Of a DNA stretch of 64,000 bases, positions 37,930-51,189 are shown in pieces. Origin of the DNA: Eukaryota sp. TZLM1-RC (Eukaryota > Protista > Metamonada: BaSk clade); assembly GCA_040285825.1 (NCBI GenBank), contig JAUPSS010000001.1, forward strand, positions 3,906,001 to 3,970,000, in the 5' to 3' direction. The notes below the pieces were generated by a model. It was not told where the DNA came from, made no database searches, and saw only the letters and a list, made by a program, of their open reading frames with translations. A program made the position numbers and the translations under genes. Each line of letters opens with the position of its first letter. The stretch's first letter is position 1.

Positions 37930-38263
37930 TTATCCTGTTTATCTAACAAAGTTACTATATTGATGGTATTCAATATTTGTTATTCTGAAAAAGGCTATGT
38001 ACTGAGCAATTCGATTATCCTTGAATTCAAATAAACCATTACTTTCTCGTTTGGTTGATGAGGACACTTTGAATTCTTTTGGTCGTAGCATAGGTGATTT
38101 AATGCTTGAAGGACTTGATGGCACTACTATCGTTACTGACGTGAGATCAACTGATGTGTGTAAAAATTGTTTCATACCATTAGCTCAGTCAAAACACAAG
38201 AATCCGCTGTCTGTTACCGAAAATTCTAAAATTGTTAAATATAAAGCAAAGTTGGTTTCCTAA
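37930..38263 (+). mobile_element. RLE endonuclease fragment of another non-LTR family
   Basis: PLLSRL...IGDLML...TDVRSTDVC...ENSKIVKY. Confidence 0.7.
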
Positions 38264-38269
38264 TAATAT

Positions 38270-38750
38270 ATTTATTGAACTTGCACACTTAATTATATTA
38301 ACTCATAACTAATGGGACGACTATCATTGAACCAAGATTTCCTCTACAAAATCTTGATCTGCTTGCTGTCTAGCTAAAGCTTCTCGTATTCGATTGAAAA
38401 ACCGAGGTAATCTATTAATAATGGCAAATTGAATTCGTGCACGCCATAAAAAAATATCAAATCTTTTCATTGATTTTTCTTGAGCCATTTTTTGGAAGTC
38501 ATTCAAAAAAGTTTCTGCTTCAACTGATAATCTTCCATTTATCAAAAATGGGAAAGCAATAAATACCAGCTGTGTATTTCTATCAGCATTAGCCTCTTCA
38601 ATATCTTTATCATATTTTCTATGTTTTTCTTTTGCTTTAAAATCCAGAGCAGCCACAGGATTAAGTTTTCTTCTGTGAACCAAAGTATCTTTTGCAACAT
38701 TACATGAGACAAAGTCAACAATAGCTTCAGAACTATCAATCCAATCACAG
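38270..38750 (-). mobile_element. RLE non-LTR 3' fragment (EILVQ family; also 47628-47865 and 56445-56682, minus)
   Basis: KEKHRKYD, FPFLINGRLS and a 3' UTR shared with 5329-5757. Confidence 0.8.
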
Positions 38751-38862
38751 TATTAATTTTAATTTTTTTGTTTAGTTTTTTGAAAGTAATAAATTAAAAA
38801 TTCAAGAAAAAAATTTGGTTCTCCTTTTCATATTACCTCTGCAATAAAGATATCTGCAGAAC

Positions 38863-40050
38863 ATGCCATCAACCCTGTCTCAATTCACATCTCCCATCTC
38901 AATGCTTTCAAGACCACCTCGTCCCACTGATTTCCTTTCTCCTTTTGGTCATTCTGATGTTCGAAAACCTTCACAAGAGCCACATCAAACTGATATGCAA
39001 TCAAGTACTCAACCAGAACAAGAACCTCTCAAGCATCGATTCACTCTTTCTGAATTTGACTTTCATCGTATCGTGGGTACAGGTATGTTCTACATGCTCT
39101 TCTCACCCTACAGGTACATTTGGATCTGTCTATCTCGCCCTACACAAAAAGTCTCAACAATGGTGTGCTGTCAAGGTACTCAACAAAATGCACATCGTCC
39201 AGCTTAAACAAACTGTACATATTATGAATGAAAGGGACATACTAACAAAGATACAGCATCCTTTTATAGTAAACCTACTCGGAACTGCTAATTCTGCTCG
39301 TGACATCTACATTATAATGGAATTTGTCAATGGTGGTGAACTTTTTACCTATTTGCGACGAAAAAGGAGGTTCTCAGTGGAGACGGCAAGATTTTATGCA
39401 GCCCAGATCGTTCTAGCATTGGAGCATTTACATTCAAAGAATATTGTCTATAGAGATTTGAAGCCCGAGAATCTACTTCTTGATTCTAAAGGTAACTTGA
39501 AGATTTGTGATTTTGGTTTTGCAAAGATTGTTGAAGATAGAACGTTTACTATTTGTGGAACTCCCGAATACTTGGCTCCCGAAGTTATTCAGAACAGAGG
39601 CCACGGAAAGGGTGTTGATTGGTGGTATGTTTTTGCTTTATTACTAGGGCTAATTTTAGGGCACTTGGGATTTTGCTGTACGAAATGATGGCTGGATATG
39701 CGCCTTTTTCCAGCGAAAATCCTTACAAAACATACAAGATGATACTGAACAATCCATTGCAATTTCCTTCCCATTTCGATGCCATCACTCGTGATTTGAT
39801 TCAAAGGTTGCTTGTGCATGACCGGTTCAGAAGACTGGGATGCTTTCGTGGTGGAGCAGCTGATGTGAAGAGGCACAAGTTCTTTAGGGAAATTGATTGG
39901 GGTTCCCTTATAAGGAGAGAGGTTACTGCACCCATTAGGCCAAAACCAAAGCATGCAGGTGATCCTTCTTTGTTTGAGATTTATCCAGCTGATTCTTCAC
40001 ACAATAAGGAACCAACGCCAGAGGTTTTAAAGATTTTTGAGGAGTGGTGA
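38863..40050 (+). CDS. cAMP-dependent protein kinase catalytic subunit-like (PKA-C/PRKX), 373 aa; exons 38863-39082, 39114-39624, 39660-40050
   Basis: GTGTFGSV and DWWALG are restored by removing the GTATGT...AG introns of 31 and 35 nt. Also YRDLKPEN, DFGFAK, TICGTPEYLAPE and a terminal FEEW hydrophobic motif. Confidence 0.93.
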
Positions 40051-42010
40051 GGGTTTCCTTGTATTTAATTCTTTAGTGTTTTTTAGTCTGTTTTAGCTTT
40101 GTGGGTATTTATACATCATTCTGTGGAGCTGTTTTTGTTTCTAGTACATTCACCAATGTGTTTTTTAACGTAGATGAGTTTACATGTTTGTTGTTCCTAT
40201 AATTTCTGTCACTCAAAAACAAATGGAATTATTTAATAATTTATAAATTTAATTTAAGCAAACGATATACAACAGAGGAATGTTTTTTCTTTTTTAAGTT
40301 TATTTTGCACGATTGATGATGCAGCGATTGTGTTAAGAGGTGATATAATTCAATCTAATTATTGATCGACACTGTGTTGATCAAACCCTACTTTGTCGTA
40401 TGAAGCCAAAAAGGTATTCATTTGTTTAACCAAACTTAATTGAAATTAAGAGGTATGCCGCACTAACCTGATTGAATTATACATAAGCTCATACTTAGTA
40501 AACTTAGTTCTTCGTTTTTAAAAAATTCTTTACACCAACAACATTAAAGAGAATGATCATACATTTGAATCATTGAAGAAAAACAAAGCAATCTACTGAC
40601 AAGAAAATTCATCCAATGAGTATGTGAAAATGAACAGTTTTAGAATACTGAATGCAACTTCTATTAATAACAAACCCATCAAAGTTCAAGGTTTAACTAA
40701 TGTGGTTTCTATTAGTGGTCACAATGGTATTTATGCTGACATTGACAACAATGGTAAAGTTTTTGTGTGGGGTAAGTTGAGCAGAATAAGTGATTTTTAC
40801 GAAGATAGTTACGCATTGAAGCATAATATAGAAGGTATTTCAGTAGCCATCATTCGATTTGATTAAATTGACTCTTCTGCAACCTTGATTCGATCAAAAA
40901 TGAAATATCACAATGTTTTGAGCAGTTGATCTTCCAAATAATTCACTTATTCTACTCATCCTTGAACAAATACTTTACTATTAGTGTTAATGTAATATAA
41001 ATACCGTTATGGCCACAAATATAAACAACAATATTAGTTAAACCCTCAACTTTGGTGGGTTTGTTATTAAAAGAAATAATAATTGTACTGTTGCCAAAAA
41101 ATACCACTGTTGATGAAATTAAGAAAAAACGATTAAAACAGTTAAATAGAGAATAAAAATAAAAATAAATAGAAATTCAATGGAAAAGTTAACAGCAACC
41201 AAGTGCAAATTGACCGATCGATCGGAGTCAGCCATTTCAAGAATAAACAACAGCAAGTGAGAAAACAAATTTGGTTAATTCTTAAACTGAATTAATCATT
41301 TTTGAGCCAACTTCTAAGGGAATCATCAACCAGAGTTGAAGCAAGGAAAATTATTCCAAATGTTAAGAAGGCCATTCAAGAGAGGATAAGGGTGGCCCAT
41401 AATGAATGGAATAGACTCAATTTCGATTGAAAACAACTGCATGGAGTGGTTCTGGTTAGAAGCGTGATCCTTCACATTACATCCCCTGATATAAACAAAT
41501 CATGCATGACCGTGTTTTCCTCCGTAAATCGTGGGCAGTTCTCTCCAGCACAAACTTCTATTCGTTCAAAGTTCAGGAGATGTGATCGGGCAAACAAGGG
41601 GGAGGGCTACATAGTGGAAGGACATCGTAGACAGAAGAGACCTCTACCTGAACGAGTGAGCAGTACAGCAAGAAATCACTATTACTATTTGTTGGAAGAG
41701 CAGAAAACTATTCGCAGGTGCTCTGTTGTCAACCGCAGCAAGACAGTGCATTGTAGTGAATCAATAACATTACATGGATGATGTCTTTGAGGTTTATTAA
41801 TGTTGTTCAAGAATTTTGTGCGACAATTCAAATGGACTGTTTCTCTTATTGTGACCTTTGTGCACTGCTTCAATTTAGGGAACTTAACACAAGTTTAACA
41901 ATTGATGTATGCAAATGGATTGTAACCAAAAAAAAGTCTTCAGAATCAATCATCATAGAATTGGTGTGGGTTTGTTAAATAAAAGATAAAGTTTAGCTTT
42001 ATTCCTGAAA

Positions 42011-44518
42011 TTAACTAGGTGAATGTTCAGGGGATAAGCTCTCTACTTTAGTCCAAGGTTTATCAATAATTTCACCATTGTTTCTGACTCGAAATTTATG
42101 TTGAGGAACATCCAAGGCATTTTTCAACGTCATAACTGCCTGTTTGACAATGGAAAACTTTGCTTCATCTGCCACGTAAACCCTAGGATCTTCATTTGAT
42201 TGATATGAGGTTAACTCTGGTGCAGTTAGATCATTCCTATTACCCAATGATAAGAGCAAACATACACTATAGCATGCTTGTGACCCAAAATGTGTTGAAC
42301 GTAGGCTTTGAAAGACCCGTTTCGTTGAAACTGTCGTAGAGGTTTTGATTTGAATCTTGACGTATCCAAGATACTGGTGACCATTACCACTTTCAATGGC
42401 TGATTGGATTGCAAACAGTGATGGAAGACTGATTGAAGAATCATTGTTAGAACGAATTAATGGAATGATTGCATCAACGGCTTCAGTTCTATCAGGTAAT
42501 ATGACGACCGTTCTAAAAATGAATGCACCTAAGAGTAAATGGAAAAAAGACTGGCTGTCTGTGAGAACACTCCTATCATGAAGTAGCATTGATTCTGCAA
42601 TTGAGAGAACCCATGGGGAGGTCAAACCACTAGGTGCTTCGGGTATGTAATATGATGTACAAAATGCTACCAAAAAATGTTCCAAAAATAATGGATACAA
42701 GTTAACAAAGTATTTAACATCATTTGGTGGTTGTTGAGATCTTTGGAATTGAAACAAAAAAAGCAGCAATGCTACTGCAATTGGTTCAACCAAGATTCCA
42801 AAGGTAGTTGGTGCAACATGCGTGCTTATCAATTCCCTCAGCACCTTCGTCAGTTCATGTTGCCACTCATTATCCTTTAACTGGAGGAGAAGCTGCCATC
42901 CACAGTGAGCAATCAATGGATCAACAGTTGGGAGCAGAAAGGAAAAGAACTTCTGCTCTGTTCCAATATGAGCACAAGTAAAATCAACCATGGCAAATGT
43001 ACAATGGACAAACTTTGTCAACACAGTTTCATGGATTGCTGTACCTTCTAGAATGACAGAAAGTATGGCTGCCATGTACTGGTCGACATCGGTTTCACTG
43101 AAAGCGTGTTGTGCTTTTTCAACTATTTTACGTTCAAAAGAATCCCAATTGATCGAATCACGTGCATACGCAACCCACAATGGCCTACAAGAAGCTGCAT
43201 TAACTAGAGAGAGTAGTGGCGAAACATCAGGACTTCTACGGGTTAGAGGGAGAAAATCATCAAAAATCTGAACCCAACCAGTAGAGACTGGGGGTAAAGT
43301 AGTACCACTGCGTACTTCATCCACCATATAGTCATTTTCACCAGGTATATACGGTCTATAAGACAAGGACTTGACAACATCATGACAAAAGTGATGTAGA
43401 GCAGTATGAGTTCCAGCAACAATTACGATCAGTTGTATTCCTGATAGGAGTAAGTTTCTAGCAGCATGTCGCCAACAACGGAAGAAATTCCAATCACAAT
43501 CCAAACCATCACTAGCCTCGTTAAAGTAGGCTTTGGTGCGAATAGATCCGAAACTCGTACCAATAAGTGAACTAACCTCATCTGAAAATAAAACATATTT
43601 GGTTGAATTTAAAAGGGATAGCGAATTCAACATATTGGTAGTTTGGAGAGCAATATTATCTGAAGAAGTATAATATGTTGTGAACATCTCTCCTGCCTTG
43701 TTCACCATACTGGTTGGTAGTGTTTCAAAGTATTCCCTTTCCATAGTCTGATAGCTTTGACCAAGTTTCAGGGCAGAAGCCATCAAACACTGGCAGGCAA
43801 AAACAATACGGCGGACCCTTTGCTTTCTATCTTCAGTGTAATCATTGTACATTAACTTGCGGAAGTAACCAGTGAAATCAGCAGTAGCAAGAGGCTCTGT
43901 CCTCAGTACAGAATCAGAACCTTCCGTTGAGAATCTAGGAAACGTGAAATATACTGCTTCTAAATCATCTCTGGACTGAATAGACTTACATGATTCAATC
44001 ATAAACCGTGTTTTACCTGTTCCTGTTGAATTGATAAAGGGTAAAACGTTTGAATGATACTTATCTAATAGACGTTCTTCTTGTTCCAAATACTTCAGTA
44101 GAAGGGTGGGAAACTCGTTAAAGAACTCGGGCTTCTGATATGGCACATTCATAATGGAGAATGAGATACCTTTCATTGGTGGAGCTATGGAGGGTGCTTC
44201 TTTCTGCATTTCAAATCGCAGTTCCCCCTCATCAGTGCGAAAAGTGAGTATAATGTGTTCTTTTGGTTCTGTAACATATGAGTAAAGTGATGGGGTGTCT
44301 TTGCGAACGTAAACTCCTCTTTCAAAAGCTAATAGCAACAAATCCTTAGCTTCTTCACCAAGTTTCTGCTGCTGAAAATGATCAAGAAGATCACCAAACA
44401 GAACACTTCCATCTTCTCTCTGGTTTTGGTTCCATGCTCTCAAAAGAGTTCTATGAAAGCGTTCGAATTGATTGCTCGTCAATGTTCGGGTCGTTAAGAG
44501 ACCGTCAGAAACATCCAT
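42011..44518 (-). CDS. NTPase + REase-fold protein, copy 4, 835 aa
   Basis: Intact inverted paralog. Confidence 0.8.
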   Translation of the reverse strand: MDVSDGLLTTRTLTSNQFERFHRTLLRAWNQNQREDGSVLFGDLLDHFQQQKLGEEAKDLLLLAFERGVYVRKDTPSLYSYVTEPKEHIILTFRTDEGELRFEMQKEAPSIAPPMKGISFSIMNVPYQKPEFFNEFPTLLLKYLEQEERLLDKYHSNVLPFINSTGTGKTRFMIESCKSIQSRDDLEAVYFTFPRFSTEGSDSVLRTEPLATADFTGYFRKLMYNDYTEDRKQRVRRIVFACQCLMASALKLGQSYQTMEREYFETLPTSMVNKAGEMFTTYYTSSDNIALQTTNMLNSLSLLNSTKYVLFSDEVSSLIGTSFGSIRTKAYFNEASDGLDCDWNFFRCWRHAARNLLLSGIQLIVIVAGTHTALHHFCHDVVKSLSYRPYIPGENDYMVDEVRSGTTLPPVSTGWVQIFDDFLPLTRRSPDVSPLLSLVNAASCRPLWVAYARDSINWDSFERKIVEKAQHAFSETDVDQYMAAILSVILEGTAIHETVLTKFVHCTFAMVDFTCAHIGTEQKFFSFLLPTVDPLIAHCGWQLLLQLKDNEWQHELTKVLRELISTHVAPTTFGILVEPIAVALLLFLFQFQRSQQPPNDVKYFVNLYPLFLEHFLVAFCTSYYIPEAPSGLTSPWVLSIAESMLLHDRSVLTDSQSFFHLLLGAFIFRTVVILPDRTEAVDAIIPLIRSNNDSSISLPSLFAIQSAIESGNGHQYLGYVKIQIKTSTTVSTKRVFQSLRSTHFGSQACYSVCLLLSLGNRNDLTAPELTSYQSNEDPRVYVADEAKFSIVKQAVMTLKNALDVPQHKFRVRNNGEIIDKPWTKVESLSPEHSPS

Positions 44519-44987
44519 GAGGAGCTGTGTTGAGATGAATATGTTGTCGACGTTTGAGGCTAAGTATCTTTTAAAGGTTGAACTGTAAACCTAAACGGTT
44601 TTCTAGTGTTGAAAAACGATTTTGTTGAAACTAAATCAAATTTGAACTAAATATCCTCAATACAAATTAAATACAAATTAAATTTAAATTAAATTAAATT
44701 TGTATTTAATCAGCAAATCTCTTGAGTCGACGATCTTTTATATTTCTTCCTCATTAAAACAGTATTTTCGTTATCATTTCATGAATTCTGTTGTAACAGA
44801 AATAAAGTAGTGGGTAAATTTTGTATCAATCAACTTTAAGAAATTCTTCTGATATTGAACACTTTATTATTGTTGATCACGTGATGCATTAAATCTTCCT
44901 TTTGTGTAAAAGGGACTTACCAATTGTCTGTGTGCATGTCCTTTATTGAATGATTTGGTCAGCAACTATTACATTTTCACACAAACT

Positions 44988-45500
44988 TTTTTTTAAAACA
45001 CCTGGATTTTTATTCAACAACAAATATGAAATACACAATTACAACTCCACATCCTCAAAACCTGCCTCCCCTACATCAAAGCAATTAATTGCTAAACATT
45101 CAGAAAATTTCGCAAAAGAAGATAGTGAATCAGAAATTAGTTTTACCATTCCCTTAAAAATAGAAAATACAATAATGTTTTGCCAGTAAACACGATTGAA
45201 AATTCTTCCAGTTCTTTCCTTTACAACTACAACAAAATCCTCGAGGAAAGCCATAGCAGCCTTACCTAGAGATCCAAGCAAAGAAAAAACAAATGGACAT
45301 AAATTATATTGGGCATGAGAATTTTCATTAACCGAGGAAATGGGTTTCGCATATTTAGCAATTTTATATTTTTCGCCTGCAAGAAGAGGATTATTTACAT
45401 CCGAGTTAATTAGATGTTCGTTAGAGGAATTACAAGGGTCAATAGACATGGCATCCAAAATAGTAAAACTACCATTTAAACCAGGAACAAAAGAACTGTA
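44988..45500 (-). mobile_element. 5'-truncated RLE non-LTR insertion with A tail and 13-bp TSD (duplicate at 53803-54315)
   Basis: TTTCACACAAACT at 44975-44987 and 45501-45513; RLE motifs EKYKIAKY and PFVFSLLGSLG. Confidence 0.9.
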
Positions 45501-45518
45501 TTTCACACAAACTGTATA

Positions 45519-46350
45519 TGTTGTTGTCGAACTTAAATTGAATTAGTAGGTTTCTATGTATTTTGACTGATGACGTGATACTCGTTTATGAATCAGTTTT
45601 ATTAATAAACTTAGATTTCTCTCTCTCCCCTTCGTGTGTTCATCTGCCTAACGGCATCAATAATTATTGGCCCTTCTTATTTCAGATGACTGTTCCCTCT
45701 GTTAACCTGACGTCTCTTTCTTCCATGGAAGTTGAAAGTGTTCTTCTGTTCCTATAGAAGTAAAAGATTTATTCTTCGGTGACTCCTAAGAAAGAGCTTG
45801 TTCCAGCAAGACTCTTAGTCGATTCTTTTCTGTTAGAGTCCCTATCTCTCCAGAAATCCGACGTCTCATCCAGTGACGATGTTCTTCTCAAACATCTACA
45901 ATCTGTCGTATCGTTCGTCACGTACGAAGATTGTAGTCTGGCTATGTCAGAACTGAAGCTTGATGTCCGTATTGGTGACGTCCGAGAACGCATGTCCTGT
46001 TACCTGCGATGTTTCCTCCAGGTAAAAAGTAGGGCTTTCGGACTGAAGTTGCCAGACATAGCTTTTCTGAACCGATTTGCCAGAGGAATTCTTCCCGTAG
46101 GTCTCCAACGTTCTCATACCAACGATGCACCGGAGAATTTAACAAACATCATATCTTCCCTCTATTGAGCCAGTACTGTATTTGTCCTCAGAAAAATGGA
46201 AAAAAGTAGTGTTGTTGTCGAACTTAAATTGAATTAGTAGGTTTCTATGTATTTTGACTGATGACGTGATACTCGTTTATGAATCAGTTTTATTAATAAA
46301 CTTAGATTTCTCTCTCTCCCCTTCTTGTGTTCATCTGCCTAACGGCATCA
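45519..46350 (+). mobile_element. 832-bp gag-only LTR element, type B, decayed gag
   Basis: 141-bp LTRs at 45519-45659 and 46210-46350; PPT; TSD TATA/TAAA against the empty paralogous site CTG-TAAA-CCG; gag with stops and no knuckle. Confidence 0.9.
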
Positions 46351-47248
46351 TAAACCGTTTTATTTCATCATTTGTTCAAACCTGCTTGAATATGATTGAT
46401 GACTCTTTTGATGACTGCCATGTTATTGAATAAAACCCTTCAGAGCGTTTGAAATCTCCGACTATCAGACCAGTGAAATAGGGTATCCTTTTTAATTTCA
46501 AATTTGCTCAGTTTTCGCCACTATTTTTGAAATAAAAACACGTGACCAACACATGCTCCAAAAATCAACATTCAAAACAATCAATGATGTTATTGCTACA
46601 ATTGACAAAAGCTGCAACATAGTGGAATACAGAATACTTGTTTTGAAAAACTAAATGAAGTTTTGACCAATATAATAATTCTGGGTTCCCTTTGATACAC
46701 AACAAATATATATTGGCTCTTCTGCAATATTAGTTCGATCAAAGAATCAAGTGTCACATTGTTTTGAGCAGTTGATCTTCCAAAAAAATCACTTATTCTA
46801 CTCATGCTTGAACAAATACCTTACTATTAATGTTAATGAAAAAAAGTTGTCGTTAAGGCCAAAAATATAAACAACAATATTAGGTAAATCCTCAATTTTG
46901 GTGGGTTTGTAAAATAGGTAATGGCTGTAGCATTGCCAAGAATTACCATTGTTGATACAATTAAGAAGAAACGATTTTAAGAGGTAAACACAAAATTTAC
47001 AAAGAAAATCAACACTTAGATTTTATAAATACATCACTTCTTGAAAAGTTGAGCTTCGCCCAAATTTTTGTTAAAGAGTTTTTATGAACAATTAAGTTAT
47101 TACTTAATTGTTCAGTTGTATTATATCTAAACTTTAATCAAGAAGATTTTTTTGTACAGAAAAGTTTAAATTTTGAAATGAATGACATTTTTTTAATAAA
47201 GATATAGAAAAATTGTGTCGGATGTTAATATAATAAAATAAGTCAATT

Positions 47249-47390
47249 TGTTATAGTTACTGATAAATAAGGTTAGCAGTTATCTCAGGATTTCACTTGA
47301 TGACGTGGCACTCGTTGAAAAATGGGTTTCTTTATTAATAAACGCTCTTTTCTCTCTTTACTTCTTGGGTATTTCTGCCTAACGGCATCA
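47249..47390 (+). mobile_element. solo LTR (142 bp) with AATT TSD; duplicate at 56066-56207
   Basis: TGTT...CCTAACGGCATCA flanked by AATT on both sides. Confidence 0.9.
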
Positions 47391-47865
47391 AATTATGTCG
47401 ATTCTTCCTTGAATTTCACTATCTCTGCATTTTATTGATTGTAAATAATTGAACTTCCACAACTAACAAAATTACCAGAACCACCGTTTGGTCAAGGTAT
47501 GCTTTGATAGGAAGAGTGACACTGTTCATATCAGCTTGGATATCCTTGGAGGAGTCTTGTGATTGTTGGTTGTCCATTTTGCTTGAGAGATAAAGTTGTT
47601 AAAGATTTTCTTCAAACAATTCACAATTGTTGAACTTGCACACTTGATAAACTTATAACTAATGGGACGAAATTCATTGAATCAGGATTTCCTCTACAAT
47701 ATCTGGATCTGCTTGCTGTCTAGCTAAAGCTTCTCTAATTCGAGTCAAAAACCGAAACAATCTACTATTAATGGCAAATGGAATTCAAAAGCGCCAGAAA
47801 AAGATATCAAATCTTTTCATTGTTTATTCTTGAACCATTTTTTGGAAATCATTCAAAAAAGTTTC

Positions 47866-50213
47866 ATTTTGTGAAAGTCATTTTATCAGTATTTGAAAGG
47901 TTCTACAAAATGTTCGATTTGTGGTATCAGTGGACATAATTGGAGAACATGTCTTGAAAATCAAAACAAGAGAAATTGAATTAAAATCTGCTCAAAATAT
48001 TCTCCGATGTTCCGTTCCAGTCGTTGTCGATTTCAGTTGTACCGAATTCTGACGATTTTCATTCAAATGCTTTCAGTGCTCACTCTCCTTCCCCTTTTGA
48101 AAGCAATAATCTTTGTTGTCCATTCTGCAGAAAAGCCGTTACAGATTCAAGAAATGGTCAAAAACTTTTGTTTGTACCAATTGTAAAAGTGCTGTTACTG
48201 TTAGACCAGCAATTCAGATTCCAGTGGAAGTTGGTCCCGCCGGTACAATTCCTTTTTGAATGGAAATGTGAACTTTCACATCTAAATTATACAACATTTG
48301 TGGTTTTTTGTATAAACAGAAACTACGAAACAGAGAGGCGGTAATAATCACAGAAAAGTAGTTTTCTGTCAAGTTACACTTGTGATTACGTGGCATCACG
48401 TGATACTGTAACTACTAATCTAAATACTAATAATATCTATCTGAATTGGCTCTAAGCCTGCACATTGAGTGGAGTATTTCATCCTTTTGAAACTATTTTG
48501 CAAGAAAAACCAAAAAATGTTTTACGAATATTTTGGAATGAAAAAATTGGAAAATCAAAAGTTATCCGAAAGTTGTGCTTACGTGGTCGTTGTGGAGCTG
48601 CAACACAGGTCTTGTTTTCCTCTTCATTGCCTGATGGAAATTCTGAAACTCTTGAAAAACTTCAAAAATTGCATCCTCAAAAAAAATTTAAGTGTAGCAA
48701 GCCTGATGTTTGTTTTTTTGGATTGAAGTCCAATTTCTACAATTGAAATTTCCAACGCATTTAAAGAAAACCAAAAGGAAAAGCTGCAGGTTCATCTGGA
48801 ATTTCTTTTGATATTTTGAAAATAGCGGGCTCCAGTGCTCCTGAAATTGCTGAAAATCTTTTTAATTATTTTCAACAATTATTTGTTTTGAGAATTGACC
48901 CTCCTTTTGAATTATTAGCTGCACGTTTGATTGTTTTAGTAAAGCCAGGTAATCGAATTAAACCTGATGGTGTACGCCCCATTGCCGTTGGTGAATCTTT
49001 ATCTCGTTTGTTGGTATCGATTGTATTTGATCGAGTCAAAGACAAAGCTTCTAAATTTTTGAATCCTCATCAATTTGGAATTAAAACAAATGATGGTGCT
49101 TCTGTTATTGCTCTTGCATCTGATATTTTTTTAATCCAGGGGATAATAATTCAATTTTTAATCTGGACTGCAAAAATGCTTTTAATTCTGTAAAAGGAAA
49201 AGCAATTTTTGTGGTAATTAAATCTAATTTTCCTGAGCTGTCAAGTTTTTTCCACCACTATTGTGGTAAAGCATCAGATTTAATATTTAATTCATTTGGT
49301 TCACAATCATCTTCTGGTGTAAAACAAGGTGATCCTCTACGCCCATTATTCTTTTGTTTAGCTATTCACAAAACTTTAGTTGTCATCAAGCAAAATCATT
49401 CTTCCCTAACAATAGTTGCTCATATGGATGATATATTTTTGATTGGTTCATTTGATTTACTGCAGTTGTTTGCACAAGATATTGCTGATTCATATGAAAA
49501 TATTGGGCTTCATCATATTGCGAGCAAATGCCTTCTGAATGGTTCTGCTGCTCAGGATCTTGTGATACACGATACAGTTGTTTCTATTACTAACTATAGT
49601 GGTGATTTTCTTAAGTTTCTTGGTTGTTGGTTAGAAAATGTGCGTTGAATTTAGAATGAATTACAAGTTATAATGGAAAAAATGAAGAATGACCTTGATT
49701 TAAATTCTTCTTTATATTTAGAAAAACATATTAAATGTTTCACCCTTAAAATTGCTACACTGGGAGAATAACAATCGTTTTGAGATCTTGCGCTCCTTCC
49801 ATAGCATTAGTTTTTTGTCGTTCCTTAACTTCATTGAAAACAGAATTTCTTGCTGATTTATTGGTTGTAGAACCAAAAGTGTTGAAAAATCACTTATTTT
49901 TTTCAGCAAATTTGGGTAATTTTGGATTTACTAAATCTTCTATTTTGTGTCAATCAGCATTATTGGGTGGAGGCAAGAATTTCATTTATGAATTTTCTCG
50001 TAGATTCCCTCCGATTGCTCATCTGTTAATTCCCAGCTGCAGTCCATATTTGAATGAGATATCTTGTGAACTCGATAGATCGCCACCACAAATTTGGACC
50101 AAATGTTTTCCCCAATCAATTCAAGAAATTCCAAACCGATCTTTTTTAATTTGCAGGTTTGTTGTAAAAAGCTTTAACAATAATTGTCAAAGATTTTGGA
50201 AAGCTTGGATTTT
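47866..50213 (+). mobile_element. decayed CRE-like non-LTR element: N-terminal zinc motifs + RT
   Basis: CSICGISGHNWRTC (47911-47952), CPFC..CTNC, KLHP, GKAAGSSG, GVRPIAVGE, QFGI, GVKQGDPL, HMDD; many frameshifts. Confidence 0.88.
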
Positions 50214-51189
50214 TTTTTCAGAATTTTATTTTTATTCATCAACAAATATGAAATACACAATTAAAACTCCACATCGTCAAAACCTGCCTCCCCTACATCA
50301 AAACAATTAATTGCTAAAGATTCGGAAAATTTCCCAAAAGAAGATAGTGAATCAGAAATTAGTTTTACCATTCCCTTAAAAATAGAAAATACAATCCTGT
50401 TTTGCCAGTAAACACGATTGAAAATACTTCCAGTTCTTTCCTTTACAACTACAACAAAATCCTCAAGGAAAGCCATAGCAGCCTTACCTAGAGATCCAAG
50501 CAAAGAAAAAACAAAGGGACATAAATTATATTGGGCATGAGAATTTTCATTAACCGAGGAAATGGGTTTCGCATATTTAGCAATTTTATATTTTTCGCCT
50601 GCAAAAAGAGGATTATTTACATCCGAGTTAATGAGATGTTCGTTAGAAGAATTACAAGGGTCAATAGACATGGCGTCTAAAATAGTAAAACTACCATTTA
50701 AACCAGGAACAACTAGATCACCTCTAGTCAGACCCATAGAAGCTCTGTTGTAATGCGTACTATCAATATTGGGATCATCAAGAATTAATTTTGATAACAG
50801 CGGTTCTAAAAAGGAATCTACTCGATATAATTTGCACATTACATAAATGTGGTCCCTGACGTTATTATGCACTTTGCTTCTAAACGTAATGAAATGTTTA
50901 CAGTTCAAAAGATGAGTAAACAAAAGAGGTTTACCACATTTACAAGTTAAATGATTGGGCAAATTGTTTAGCCACAGAAAACAACGAAAACGCATGTTTA
51001 GAAGCCATTCATTGTTTTTTAACAAAAGTCCATAAACAGAGGGAACTTGAGTTACTAAAGCAGCAGCAGAACTATCACGAATATCCTTTAAAAAATTACC
51101 GAAAGCGGGATTTTTAGTTTTGGCCAAGCCAAGTATTACTTCATAATCCAAGCCTTCATATAATTTAACCAGATGGTGCTGAAGCTTTT
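50214..51189 (-). mobile_element. 5'-truncated RLE non-LTR insertion with open RLE frame
   Basis: CKCG..HLLNC, RSKVHN, EP, RGDL, EKYKIAKY; T9 (A tail) at 50210-50218. Confidence 0.9.

Larger units (their letters stand above)
39739..46980 (-). repeat. inverted segmental duplicate of ~15715-21580 with extra TE insertions
   Basis: PKA 3' end, RCC1 remnants, NTPase gene and its upstream flank occur in reverse-complement order. Confidence 0.9.

Noticed and set aside
45566-45600. CTGATGA in the LTRs as a hammerhead ribozyme core (retrozyme)
   Set aside because: No stem II followed by GAAA; the conserved part is TGATGACGTG, more like a bZIP-type promoter site.
676-45765. Recurrent TAA/TAG at Gln-like positions (676, ~4432, 26334, ~45755) suggesting stop-to-Gln recoding
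   Set aside because: Long intact genes have no in-frame TAA/TAG, and conserved ORFs end in TAA or TAG. The stops fit transition decay (TGA at 46-48 in RT and TGG>TAA in type B gag are also seen).
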